Source of the DNA: Candidatus Cloacimonadota bacterium
GTDB taxonomy: Bacteria; Cloacimonadota; Cloacimonadia; Cloacimonadales; WRIO01
DNA: 64,000 nucleotides
Reading direction: 5' to 3'
Assembly (NCBI GenBank): GCA_009777575.1
Contig: WRLO01000001.1
Span: 97,954 to 161,953 of the forward strand
The position numbers and the translations under genes were made by a program. How positions within the stretch are numbered: position 1 is the stretch's first letter; each line of letters opens with the position of its first letter. The notes beneath the pieces were generated by a model, which saw only the letters and a list, made by a program, of their open reading frames with translations, was not told where the DNA came from and made no database searches. Shown here one piece after another: positions 1-9,885 of this stretch.

Positions 1-138
1 AGATTTGAAGCTGGAAGACATACATTACAATGGGATGGAATCGATTTTCAAGGCAATAGTGCCAGTTCTGGAGTCTATTTCTACAAGATGCAAACAGATG
101 GTTTTATAGAAATGAAAAGAATGTTGCTCTTGAAATAA
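1..138 (+). CDS. 3' end of secreted protein with FlgD-Ig/T9SS-type C-terminal domain (partial)
   Basis: Frame 1 reads RFEAGRHTLQWDGIDFQGNSASSGVYFYKMQTDGFIEMKRMLLLK*, a typical CTD signature; runs off the window start. Confidence 0.85.
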   Translation, partial: RFEAGRHTLQWDGIDFQGNSASSGVYFYKMQTDGFIEMKRMLLLK

Positions 139-224
139 TATATTTATTACTTAGTGTTTAAACTGCTAACAATAAAATTTTTACTAATGGTATTGGAATA
201 TTATTCAAGACTCAATAACTAATC

Positions 225-1025
225 ATGCGAATACTTTTTTTAGGTGATATTTTTGGGAAACCAGGTAGAGAAGCTATAAAATCTTTTTTACCTAATTTTA
301 AAAAAGAAAATCAGGTTGATTTATGTATAGCAAATTGTGAGAATTTGTCTGATGGAAAGGGTATTTCTGAAAAATCTATAAATGAAATGTTGTTTGCAGG
401 AATTGATATTTTTAGCTCTGGGAACCATTTATGGGATAAAAAAGAATCTACTGCATTTATTTGCAAAGAGAAGAGGATTGCTAAACCTTTGAATTACCCA
501 AAAGCATCGTTAGGTTTTGAATTTGTAAAGGTTGAAATGAATGGGGTTCTTGTAATTCTTGTTACGCTATGTGGGCAAGTTTTTATGAGTCCAGTTGATT
601 CTCCATTTTATGCTTTAGACCATTTTTTAAAAACTCTCCATTTAAAAGGTGGAAACAGTAAATCTTTGCAAAAAATAACCATAGTTGATTTTCATGCCGA
701 AAGCACCGCTGAAAAGAGGACTTTCGGCATGTATTTTGATGGAAGAATATCAGCTATGCTCGGAACGCATACTCATGTTCAGACCGTCGACGAACAAATT
801 ATGGAGAAAGGAACTGCATATATAACTGATGTTGGAATGTGCGGACCACATTCATCTGTTATAGGTATTACATTCGAATCTTCTTTTGAAAAAATTAGAA
901 CAAACATGCCTATCCGTCACGAAACAGCAAAAGATGGTTTACAAATTAATGCTGTTTTGATTGATATTGATGAAAAAAGCGGTAAAGCATTGAAAATCAA
1001 AAGAATTAAGGAAAATATATTATAA
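225..1025 (+). CDS. ymdB: YmdB-family metallophosphoesterase
   Basis: GDIFGKPG, NCEN, GNHLWD, DFHAESTAEK, GTHTHVQT, TDVGMCGP motifs. Confidence 0.92.
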   Translation: MRILFLGDIFGKPGREAIKSFLPNFKKENQVDLCIANCENLSDGKGISEKSINEMLFAGIDIFSSGNHLWDKKESTAFICKEKRIAKPLNYPKASLGFEFVKVEMNGVLVILVTLCGQVFMSPVDSPFYALDHFLKTLHLKGGNSKSLQKITIVDFHAESTAEKRTFGMYFDGRISAMLGTHTHVQTVDEQIMEKGTAYITDVGMCGPHSSVIGITFESSFEKIRTNMPIRHETAKDGLQINAVLIDIDEKSGKALKIKRIKENIL

Positions 1026-1053
1026 TATATTAATAAAAAAAGGAGTTTTTTTG

Positions 1054-1917
1054 ATGGGTGAAAAATTATTAAAAGGTAAACCAATTGCAGAAAAAAACAT
1101 GAGATATTGCTTAGAAAAAATAGAAGTAAGCGGTCTCAGCCCACATCTTTATGTATTTATCATAGGAAATGATCCAGCTTCAGAATACTATGTAAATAGC
1201 ATTAAAAAACAAGGACAAAAAATTAATATAAGAGTGACTATTCAAAAATTTTTTCCAGAAGAAATATCAGAAGAGAATTTGATTGAAAATATAAAATCTT
1301 TGAACAAAAACCCTGATATCAATGGTATTATGGTTCAAAAACCTTTACCTATACATATTGATGCTGGAAAAATAGAACAAATAATTTCCCCAGAAAAAGA
1401 CATGGATGGTTTTCATGCCATTAACGCTGGTCTACTTATACAAGAAAAAGAGTGTATTTTGCCTTGTACTGCACAAGCTATAATTGAAATGATGGATTTT
1501 TATAATATTTCAGCAGAGGGGAAGCATGTCGTGGTTGTTGGAAGAAGCAATGTTGTTGGAAAACCTATTGCAAATTTATTGCTTTATAAGCAAAAAAATA
1601 GAAATGCAACTGTAACTATTTGTCATTCAAGAACGCCTGATTTATCGAAGTTTACTAGACAAGCAGACATACTTGTTACTGCTGTAGGAGTAGCCAATCT
1701 TATTGATGCTTCGATGATAAAGGATAATGTGATTATTTTGGATGCTGGTATAAATGAGATTAAAAAAACAGGAGAAAAAACGGTTTATGTTGGAGATGTA
1801 AACTTTGATTCATGTTTTGATAAATGTCAATTTATTTCTCCTGTTCCAGGTGGAATCGGTTCCATCACAACATCTATATTATTTAAGCATTTATGTGACT
1901 GCTCTAAAAAACGCTAA
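1054..1917 (+). CDS. folD: Methylenetetrahydrofolate dehydrogenase/cyclohydrolase
   Basis: KDMDGFH, PCTA, VVVGRSNVVGKP, TVTICHSRT, SPVPGGIG; SD AGGAG upstream. Confidence 0.96.
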   Translation: MGEKLLKGKPIAEKNMRYCLEKIEVSGLSPHLYVFIIGNDPASEYYVNSIKKQGQKINIRVTIQKFFPEEISEENLIENIKSLNKNPDINGIMVQKPLPIHIDAGKIEQIISPEKDMDGFHAINAGLLIQEKECILPCTAQAIIEMMDFYNISAEGKHVVVVGRSNVVGKPIANLLLYKQKNRNATVTICHSRTPDLSKFTRQADILVTAVGVANLIDASMIKDNVIILDAGINEIKKTGEKTVYVGDVNFDSCFDKCQFISPVPGGIGSITTSILFKHLCDCSKKR

Positions 1918-2105
1918 TTGAATTTCAAAAATATCATTGACAAAATAGGTTTAAAAATTATTTTAAACCCAAAATAGGTTTTATAGGTGTGAATTTGTAA
2001 AGGTATTAACTTGAGAATATCATTTAAAGTATTGTTTAACAAAAAGATAAATAATTTTGAAGTTAATTAATATGAAAATAAAAAAAAAGATATACAGGAG
2101 GATTT

Positions 2106-4742
2106 ATGTCCAGAAAAAACACTAGATTTTTATGTGTTTTACTAGTCCTAATGTCATGTTTGGTAGGTTTTATCGCATGTGGAATTCATGGAGACCCGCA
2201 TGAAAATATACCACCTACCATTAGAATCACATCTTTTACAGGATTTGACTGGGAAGATGGAGAAGGTTGGAGTCCCGATTTAGCGCCTTTTCAACAGACA
2301 ATTTATTGGGCTGCTGACGATGCGGATGGAGTCGTTGTAGGATATGCATATCGTGTATTGGATGGTGAGGGTAAGCCTATTCCAACGCCAGGCAATATCA
2401 GCATTGATGAAATCGGAGAACTTACTCCAGATGGTTTAAGAGATATGATTTATAATTTATCTTTAGGGCACGAACTAAATGGAAAAAGGCTTGGAAATGG
2501 ATGGATTATTCACCATTCAAAAGGAGCAGATCAAACTATTCCTTTAGATGACCCCAATGCAGATAGAACCATTTGGACTGACAGAGTTTTTGCTATAATT
2601 AATTTTCCAGCACATGACGGCTCTTATGGTGATCATGGTAATTTACCTGTAGATTCAGAAGGTAACCTCATACCTATTCCTAGCAGATTTGAAGTTGTCG
2701 CAATTGATAACAGAGGTGGAATAAGCCAACCTGCTGTTCGGTACTTTAATTCAAAATCTGTTGCTCCTTCGTTACATATCTCTTCATCTTCAGGCACACT
2801 GAATGACAAAGAAATAGGACAAGGGGTTCGAGTAATTTTTATGAAGCAAGATGTTCTAATTGATGGCGTTGTGTCTGTTAGAGCTTGGTATTACATCTAT
2901 AAACTCCGAGTTATAGAAATACCGCATTCTATTGGTGGAATTCCACTTTCATCAACAGAAAGGGACACTTTAGATGCTTGGATGAATTATCATAAAAACC
3001 ATCCTGTTAATCCTTGGCCTGACATCTGGGATGTTTTTCTTAGAGAAAATCCACCTATCAGTGAATCTAATGAATACAATACCCGTGAAAATATTAGAGT
3101 AAATGAGACTGTTATTTCTACAACTGAATCACCTTCTTCACCTGCTTTGACAATAAATGTCAGAGATGGTGTAAGAATGCATGGAACTGTAATTGAGACA
3201 AGAGTTGTAGATTTAGCTGGTGTCGTGTCAGAGCCTACTTATGCTTTATTCTATGTGAGTGATAAATTCAAGCCACATGCACTTTTCTACTACACGCATT
3301 CTTATGCAATGGGTGATGATTTTTTTATACTTGACCAGAGTAAAGATAATGTAAATGTTGATTTAGTTCCTTTTTCCTATACCTCAACTGGAATAAGAAT
3401 GGCTTCAACTTTAACAGCATCTCCCATTTTGAATTCAGAGGGAAGACCTATTGATTTTGAGTGGGCTATAGTTGGAGATGCTCAAACAAGATTTTGGTTT
3501 AGATGGGGTTATCATGGTGAATATAAGGATGATGATCCAAATGATCTATGGTATGGAGTAGTTAGAGACCCCGAAAATGAAGAAGCATCTGGACTTGGGA
3601 CAAATTATTTAACGGAAGTAGTCTATTACTACATACAATTAAATGGTCAAAGGTATGATTTTGGTCCGCTTAATCAACCTGGTTTACAACCCAATGGGAT
3701 TATGTTTCCAGAAGGAGATAGTTTTGATAATTGGCTCCGGATTCCTGCAAATCACGAAATATCACAAAGATTGTCCTTCAATGGTCTGACATCTACTAAT
3801 GGGATAAATGGTACCGATATTCATGAGTTTAAAGTGATGATTGAAGATTTACAATCTGTTAGATCTACACCTGCTATTTATAGATTTAGGATAGTAGAAA
3901 AAACAACTGATGTTGACAGGGAAGGTGTTCTCTACATTAATAATCAAACTTCTATACCCAATGGAATATTTGATTTTTATCGCGATGTGTTACCTAACAA
4001 CATGCCAATAACAACTGTGGATAGGATAGCGATTACCTCGTTAATAGAATCGATAAAACTTTACGATATCGATTCCTACTATAACTTACGGACAGGAAGA
4101 CACATTTTTCCTTATTCATTCTTATCGAAGTATAAATATGTGATTTATGCTGCTGAAAGTTCCCCAGTAAATACACCACTTAGTATGAATGCAGATCAAG
4201 ACGGATTTAGAATGTATATGCAAAACCATGGAAATCTAATCATTGTTGGTAACTTAAATTTAGCTGAGCAAATAAACGCTCAATTAGACGCACCTATGAA
4301 TAACTTTTATCAACAGTTTTTTGGTTGGCCAAATGCACGAGCCGAGATGTTAGCGTTAAATGAATCACTTCAAGGTAGACAATACTATTTACTTGGAACC
4401 ACACCAACTGGTTCCCAGGCATTTCCGATTCTGAATGCAGAGCTAGTATCACCTGCTGATCAAGTGATAGGTAATTTTATAACTACTCGTCAAGGTTTAG
4501 GGGTTGCTACGGTGTTTTATAGCTTAGCCGATACAGCAGAACCAATATATCTATTCAGAAGTAAAACTGTAGATGGTGGTGATTGGTCTCCATTAGATGA
4601 AGCTGATCGTGCAAGATTCCATGATCAAATCATTGCTTTCAGAAAAATGAATGGACAAGGATATGGATATACATTGGGATTCCAGCCTTTCCATATGAAT
4701 AGAGATAATATAAGAGCTCTTTTCGCTGAAATAATGAGATAG
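2106..4742 (+). CDS. Large putative lipoprotein of unknown function, beta-rich repeated modules
   Basis: 878 aa ORF, SD AGGAGG, basic N-terminus plus hydrophobic stretch ending FIAC-G (lipobox-like). Confidence 0.7.
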   Translation: MSRKNTRFLCVLLVLMSCLVGFIACGIHGDPHENIPPTIRITSFTGFDWEDGEGWSPDLAPFQQTIYWAADDADGVVVGYAYRVLDGEGKPIPTPGNISIDEIGELTPDGLRDMIYNLSLGHELNGKRLGNGWIIHHSKGADQTIPLDDPNADRTIWTDRVFAIINFPAHDGSYGDHGNLPVDSEGNLIPIPSRFEVVAIDNRGGISQPAVRYFNSKSVAPSLHISSSSGTLNDKEIGQGVRVIFMKQDVLIDGVVSVRAWYYIYKLRVIEIPHSIGGIPLSSTERDTLDAWMNYHKNHPVNPWPDIWDVFLRENPPISESNEYNTRENIRVNETVISTTESPSSPALTINVRDGVRMHGTVIETRVVDLAGVVSEPTYALFYVSDKFKPHALFYYTHSYAMGDDFFILDQSKDNVNVDLVPFSYTSTGIRMASTLTASPILNSEGRPIDFEWAIVGDAQTRFWFRWGYHGEYKDDDPNDLWYGVVRDPENEEASGLGTNYLTEVVYYYIQLNGQRYDFGPLNQPGLQPNGIMFPEGDSFDNWLRIPANHEISQRLSFNGLTSTNGINGTDIHEFKVMIEDLQSVRSTPAIYRFRIVEKTTDVDREGVLYINNQTSIPNGIFDFYRDVLPNNMPITTVDRIAITSLIESIKLYDIDSYYNLRTGRHIFPYSFLSKYKYVIYAAESSPVNTPLSMNADQDGFRMYMQNHGNLIIVGNLNLAEQINAQLDAPMNNFYQQFFGWPNARAEMLALNESLQGRQYYLLGTTPTGSQAFPILNAELVSPADQVIGNFITTRQGLGVATVFYSLADTAEPIYLFRSKTVDGGDWSPLDEADRARFHDQIIAFRKMNGQGYGYTLGFQPFHMNRDNIRALFAEIMR

Positions 4743-4849
4743 AAATTCCTTTTTCTGTTTTAAAGTTTCATGTAATATGTTTCTTAAAGATAACTATCCA
4801 ACCTCTTTGGAAGCATATATGAAGAGTTTTTAAGTTTGAACGATATCAG

Positions 4850-4912
4850 GCTGTTGAATAGCCTCCAATATTTAATACTATCTATTGGTTATGCTATTCA
4901 GCAGCTTTTTTT
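4850..4912 (+). terminator. Long stem-loop with U-tract (terminator or attenuator)
   Basis: GCTGTTGAATAGC (4850-4862) pairs with GCTATTCAGCAGC (4893-4905), inner CCAATA/TATTGG stem, followed by T7. Confidence 0.65.
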
Positions 4913-5002
4913 GAAATTCTTTTTTAGTTTCAATACTCTATATTAATAAAAAATTTTTCCAACAGATATTAAACTTAACTTAGTAAAAATTTAGGAGTAA
5001 AT

Positions 5003-8000
5003 ATGTTTTTAGCAAAATTATCTATCAAGAGACCTGTAATGGTTACTATGCTTATAACAGTTTTTGTCATTTTCGGTATTATGGCATATAGAGAGATGCC
5101 TCTCACTAGTTTGCCTGATGTTGATATTCCTTATGTAACAGTGCAAACTATTTTTCCAGGTGCTGGTCCAAACGAGGTTGAACAGCAAATTTCGATTCTT
5201 ATTGAAAACGCTGTATCAACTATCAGCGGTATAGATTACATTGAATCTTATTCTATGGACAATTTTTCGCTTGTTTTAATTGCTTTCGATATGAGTAAAG
5301 ATGTGGATATAGCAAACCAAGAAGTTAAAGATAAAGTGGATGCAATTTCGAACGATTTACCCACTGATGCAGAGAAACCAATTATTGAAAAATTTGATAT
5401 TTCTGCCACTCCTGTCATTGGGATGGTTCTCAGTGGAACTCAATCATCTACAGAACTTTATGAATATGCAGACACTGTATTGAAAGATAGGTTTTCTCAA
5501 ATAGAAGGTGTGGCTGAAGTTAGTATCACTGGAGGGCGAGAAAGAGAAATCCAAGTGATTGTTAATGAAAGAGCTGTTTTTGCTAACAGAATGTCTTTGT
5601 ATCAACTTAGCCAATCTATCGCTCAAAATAATATCACTATGCCTTCTGGGACTTTCAAAGTTGGCAATCAAGATTTAGCTGTCAGAGTCATTGGAGAATT
5701 AAATTCTTTAGGAACATTGAGGGATTTAGAAGTTCCTACTGTTATGGGAAATAGGAGATTATCTGAACTAGCTGAGGTAATTGACACAGGAACAGAGGTC
5801 AGAGAAAGGGCAACATATTTTGACAATATTACTGGAGAAAGACACCCTGATGTGATCAGACTTGACTTGATTCCTAGTTCTGATGGAAACCCGGTTCAAA
5901 TTGCCAGAGCTGTAAATAGACAAATACAAGGAATTCTAACAACATTGCCTATGGGTATGGAACTTTCTATAGTGGATGATACCTCGATTTTTGTTGAAAG
6001 CTCTGTCAATGATACTATGGGAAATATCATTATGGGTATACTATTGACAGGTCTTTTGTTATTTCTGTTTCTTGGTGATATTAGATCGACTGTGATTGTG
6101 GCACTTGCAATGCCTATTTCTATCATTTCTACCTTCTCCTTGATGAATGCCTCAGGATTTTCTCTGAATATTATGAGTTTGCTCGGCTTAGCTACTTCTG
6201 TAGGTGTTTTGGTGATTAATTCCATCATAGTTTTAGAAAACATTTTTAGATACAAAGATTTGGGATACAATAAAGAGGATTCTGCATACAAAGGAACTGC
6301 TGAAATTGCTACTGCAGTCATTGCTGCCACATTGACGAATCTTGTTGTTTTTGTCCCGATTGGAACTATGAGTGGTATGGTTGGGCAATTTTTTGTTGAG
6401 TTCGGTTTAACAGTTGCCTATACTACTGTGTTTTCTTTATTAGTTGCTTTTACTTTGACTCCTATGCTCGCGGCAAGCATTCTTCCAGAAAAAACAGGTT
6501 CAAACAAAATATCAAATGCTGTTGATAATATAATGAAGAAAATTGCTGGGTTTTATGTCAAAATTCTTGAATCGCTTATGAAGACGAAATTAAGAAGCTC
6601 AATTTCAGTTTTTTTAACAGTCATTTTATTTATTTTTAGTCTTTTTATTTTCACTAAATTGGGTTTTGAATTTATGCCTATGCTTGATGAAGGTGATATT
6701 GATTTAAGGGTTGAATTGCCTTTAGGTTACCATTTAGACGAAACGGCAAATGCTATGTTTGAAATTGAACAAATTTTATCCAATTATCCAGAAATTAAAC
6801 ATATTGTTACTTCTCTCGGCTCAATGAGTAATACTGATATAGGGATGCAACTGGCTAATACAAGGATAAAACTTGTGGATGTGGATGAAAGAAATGTTTC
6901 AACACAGCAAGTTACTGACAGAATTATTAAAGATCTATCTCATATTCCCAATGCAAGAATTCGAGTTAATGCTGCTTCAAGCGCTTCGTTTGGTGGTTCA
7001 GACCCAATTACTCTTTATGTATCAGGTTTAGATGATGGTATCTTGAATGATATTGCCAATGAATTATTTGAAAAAACTAGACTTATTCCCGGTGTGGTTA
7101 ATCTTGACACTAGCACGAGAACCGGTAGACCAGAGATAGTTATTGAACCTTACAGAGACCAGCTATCTGTAACTGGAGTAAATGTTATGGATATAGCTAT
7201 TGGGGTCAGAGCAGCTATCGAAGGGTTAGTAGCTACTCAATATAAAGAGGATGGTGAAGAATATGATATCAGAGTTACTCTTGATGAAACTGCTTATAAT
7301 TCTCCTGAAAAACTCAGAAATTTAACTATTATGACCACGCAAGGACGTTTTCAACTTTCTCAGCTTGCTGATGTTCGTTTTTCTGAAAGTGTCAATAGAA
7401 TTATTCGTAGAGACAAAGCAAAAACTATCATGATAACTGGTGCTCCAGCAACTGGATATGCTCTGGGAGATATTACAAACAGTATAGATTCTATTATATC
7501 TGATATTAATTTCCCAGATGGTTATAGCACTAGCTGGGGCGGCGATGTTGATATGATGCAAGAATCAATGACAGAAATGGGTAGAGCTTTTCTATTAGCG
7601 ATTTTATTGCTTTATATGCTACTCGCCGCTATTTTAGAAAGTTATAAACAACCATTACTTATAATGTCCAATCTACCACTTGCACTTATTGGAGTTTTTA
7701 TTGTTCAGTATATGACTGGTCTAACTATGAACATATTCTCAATGATGGCAATTATAATGTTGATTGGGATAGTGGTTAATAATGGTATCTTAATTTTGGA
7801 TTATGCAAATGTTTTACAGCGAGAGGAAGGTAAAAGTATGAAAGAAGCTTTACTAATAGCATGCCCAATAAAGCTAAAAGCTATCCTTATGACCAATATT
7901 GCCATAATTCTCGCTATGTTGCCTATGGCTCTTGGTATGGGAGACGCTGGCAAAGAATTTAGACAGTCTATGGGGGTCGTTAGCGTTGGTGGGTTGATAG

Positions 8001-8068
8001 TTTCTACTATTTTGTCTCTATATCTGATACCTGCTTTGAGCTATGTAACTACAAAAATAAAAAAATAG
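5003..8068 (+). CDS. AcrB/AcrD/AcrF-family RND permease
   Basis: 1021 aa; LSIKRPV start, multiple TM segments with two large periplasmic loops, NSIIVLEN, GIVVNNGILILD, AILMT motifs. Confidence 0.93.
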   Translation: MFLAKLSIKRPVMVTMLITVFVIFGIMAYREMPLTSLPDVDIPYVTVQTIFPGAGPNEVEQQISILIENAVSTISGIDYIESYSMDNFSLVLIAFDMSKDVDIANQEVKDKVDAISNDLPTDAEKPIIEKFDISATPVIGMVLSGTQSSTELYEYADTVLKDRFSQIEGVAEVSITGGREREIQVIVNERAVFANRMSLYQLSQSIAQNNITMPSGTFKVGNQDLAVRVIGELNSLGTLRDLEVPTVMGNRRLSELAEVIDTGTEVRERATYFDNITGERHPDVIRLDLIPSSDGNPVQIARAVNRQIQGILTTLPMGMELSIVDDTSIFVESSVNDTMGNIIMGILLTGLLLFLFLGDIRSTVIVALAMPISIISTFSLMNASGFSLNIMSLLGLATSVGVLVINSIIVLENIFRYKDLGYNKEDSAYKGTAEIATAVIAATLTNLVVFVPIGTMSGMVGQFFVEFGLTVAYTTVFSLLVAFTLTPMLAASILPEKTGSNKISNAVDNIMKKIAGFYVKILESLMKTKLRSSISVFLTVILFIFSLFIFTKLGFEFMPMLDEGDIDLRVELPLGYHLDETANAMFEIEQILSNYPEIKHIVTSLGSMSNTDIGMQLANTRIKLVDVDERNVSTQQVTDRIIKDLSHIPNARIRVNAASSASFGGSDPITLYVSGLDDGILNDIANELFEKTRLIPGVVNLDTSTRTGRPEIVIEPYRDQLSVTGVNVMDIAIGVRAAIEGLVATQYKEDGEEYDIRVTLDETAYNSPEKLRNLTIMTTQGRFQLSQLADVRFSESVNRIIRRDKAKTIMITGAPATGYALGDITNSIDSIISDINFPDGYSTSWGGDVDMMQESMTEMGRAFLLAILLLYMLLAAILESYKQPLLIMSNLPLALIGVFIVQYMTGLTMNIFSMMAIIMLIGIVVNNGILILDYANVLQREEGKSMKEALLIACPIKLKAILMTNIAIILAMLPMALGMGDAGKEFRQSMGVVSVGGLIVSTILSLYLIPALSYVTTKIKK

Positions 8069-8169
8069 TAAAAAAATATTTTAGTCATAATAAGGTATTT
8101 TTTCTTATATATGTATAGTTATTTTTAACTATAGACGAATCAAGTGAAAAACTACTAAAAAAAAAAGAA

Positions 8170-8199
8170 TTGACAAAAATACTGTCTTGAAAAAAATGT
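8170..8199 (+). promoter_or_regulatory. Putative promoter TTGACA-N21-TGT for the infC operon
   Basis: TTGACA 8170-8175, TG at 8197-8198; same geometry at 10 other intergenic sites. Confidence 0.6.
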
Positions 8200-8209
8200 C
8201 TCATAAATG

Positions 8210-8343
8210 AAGTTTTTTTGCTTCTACCTTACGGTTCCCGCTGAGGATATTGTCAGGTTTTAGGATAGATAAAGAGAGGTAACTATATTACTTTTCAGAT
8301 AGTTAATGAATCAGCGGGTATTCGAAAGAATACCCTTTTTTTT
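8210..8343 (+). promoter_or_regulatory. L20-leader-like attenuator upstream of infC-rpmI-rplT
   Basis: GCTTCTACCT...GTCAGGTT recalls the L20 leader; CCCGCTGA (8237-8244) can pair with TCAGCGGG (8311-8318), which overlaps terminator GGGTATTC-GAAA-GAATACCC-T8 (8316-8343). Confidence 0.6.
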
Positions 8344-8365
8344 GTAAAAAGAATGGAGGTTTGTT

Positions 8366-8980
8366 ATAATACGATATCGTAAAAGTAAAACAAAAGTGAA
8401 AGCAGTAATCCCAAAGGAGAGGATAAATGATGAGATTACTGCAGATGAAGTTCGTTTGATTGATCAAAACAATCAACAACTAGGAATTGTAAGCATTCAG
8501 AAGGCATTAATGTTAGCTGAAGAAGCAGAGTTAGATTTAGTGGAGGTGTCTCCGAATGCAGAACCTCCAGTATGTCGTATCCTTGAATTTGGGAAATTTT
8601 ATTACCAAAAAGAAAGAAAAAACCGAGAGGCTAAGAAAAAACAACATATTGTTTTATTGAAAGAGATTAAATTTGGTCCTAATACAGACGATCATGATTA
8701 TAATTTCAAGAAAAACAATGCGATACGGTTTTTAAAACAACACCATAAAGTAAAGTTTACTGTGCGTTTTCGAGGAAGGCAAATAGCTCATAAAGAGCTT
8801 GGATATGATGTATTGGAAAGGCTTACAAAAGATTTGGAAGAAATAGTCGATATTGAAATGAAACCAACAAGCGAAAAAAATTTGATATCCATGGTGGTTG
8901 TTCCTAAAAAAGACATCGACAAGATCCTTGGTATCAGTAGCGATGAGCAGATAGAAACAATTGAAGAAGAAACAGAATAG
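8366..8980 (+). CDS. infC: Translation initiation factor IF-3 (probable non-canonical ATA start)
   Basis: RINDEI...VRLID, LDLVEVSP, PPVCRI, KEIKF, HDY, FRGR motifs; SD GGAGGT at 8355-8360 is followed by in-frame ATA ATA (8366/8369), whereas GTG 8396 has no SD. Confidence 0.95.
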   Translation: MIRYRKSKTKVKAVIPKERINDEITADEVRLIDQNNQQLGIVSIQKALMLAEEAELDLVEVSPNAEPPVCRILEFGKFYYQKERKNREAKKKQHIVLLKEIKFGPNTDDHDYNFKKNNAIRFLKQHHKVKFTVRFRGRQIAHKELGYDVLERLTKDLEEIVDIEMKPTSEKNLISMVVVPKKDIDKILGISSDEQIETIEEETE

Positions 8981-9051
8981 GTAATTACTATCGCAGAGTT
9001 CTTAAATAAAATTTACCCGAAAGAATAATCGGAATATTAAATGGAGGATAA

Positions 9052-9246
9052 ATGCCAAAAATAAAATCCCATAGTGCAGCAACAAAAAGGTTTAAATTGA
9101 CAGGCACCGGCAAGATAAAAAGACACCATGCAGGTGTTACACATATTTTGACGAAAAAAAGTAGAAAGCGGAAGAGAAAATTGGGTTCTGCTACCTTAGT
9201 GGCGGAATGTGATGTAGCAAGAGTGAAAAGGATGCTTGTCTATTAG
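9052..9246 (+). CDS. rpmI: 50S ribosomal protein L35
   Basis: [21 protein letters not shown]...; operon context. Confidence 0.97.
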   Translation: MPKIKSHSAATKRFKLTGTGKIKRHHAGVTHILTKKSRKRKRKLGSATLVAECDVARVKRMLVY

Positions 9247-9402
9247 TTGTCATTTGACAATTGATACTAAGACCATAAAGCCAATCTATAAGAGAAAAAA
9301 ATCATAAATCAAGGTTGGCCCTCGTCTCGAAGAAGCAGTTCGAGCAAAATTATGAAAATGTGCCTCTTAAGAGGCACAGAAGTAAATTAGAAGGAGATAT
9401 TT

Positions 9403-9753
9403 ATGCCAAGAGCAACGAATAATGTCGCATTACACAGAAGACATAAAAAATTTTTGAAGGCAGCCAAAGGTTATCAGGGTGCAAGGAGTAGACTCTATAA
9501 AACAGCGAGAATGGCAGTAGAAAAAGGCTGGCTTTACTCATATCGTGATAGAAAACAAAGGAAAAGAATGTTTCGTAGGTTATGGATAGTTCGTATCAAT
9601 GCAGGCGCTAGAGCCAATGGACTGACCTATTCAACATTTATCAATGGTTTGAATAAATCAAATATCCAAATCAATAGAAAGATTTTAGCACACCTAGCAA
9701 TGCATGATCAGGTAGCTTTTTCAGCTTTGTGTAAGCAAGTAGCAGGATGTTAA
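9403..9753 (+). CDS. rplT: 50S ribosomal protein L20
   Basis: [39 protein letters not shown]. Confidence 0.97.
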   Translation: MPRATNNVALHRRHKKFLKAAKGYQGARSRLYKTARMAVEKGWLYSYRDRKQRKRMFRRLWIVRINAGARANGLTYSTFINGLNKSNIQINRKILAHLAMHDQVAFSALCKQVAGC

Positions 9754-9885
9754 ATATATTGTCTTAATGGATAGCTATATTTTCAAAGATTCAGAATTTA
9801 TTGTGAACAGTATTGTTAGTTATTTTCTTAAAAGTGAGGAAAATCGTTTTTGTAAAAGCAAAATCCTAAAATACGAGAAATCAAT

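Noticed and set aside
9754-9885. T-box or pheM-type attenuator before pheS
   Set aside because: No T-box consensus, Phe-rich leader peptide or terminator is visible
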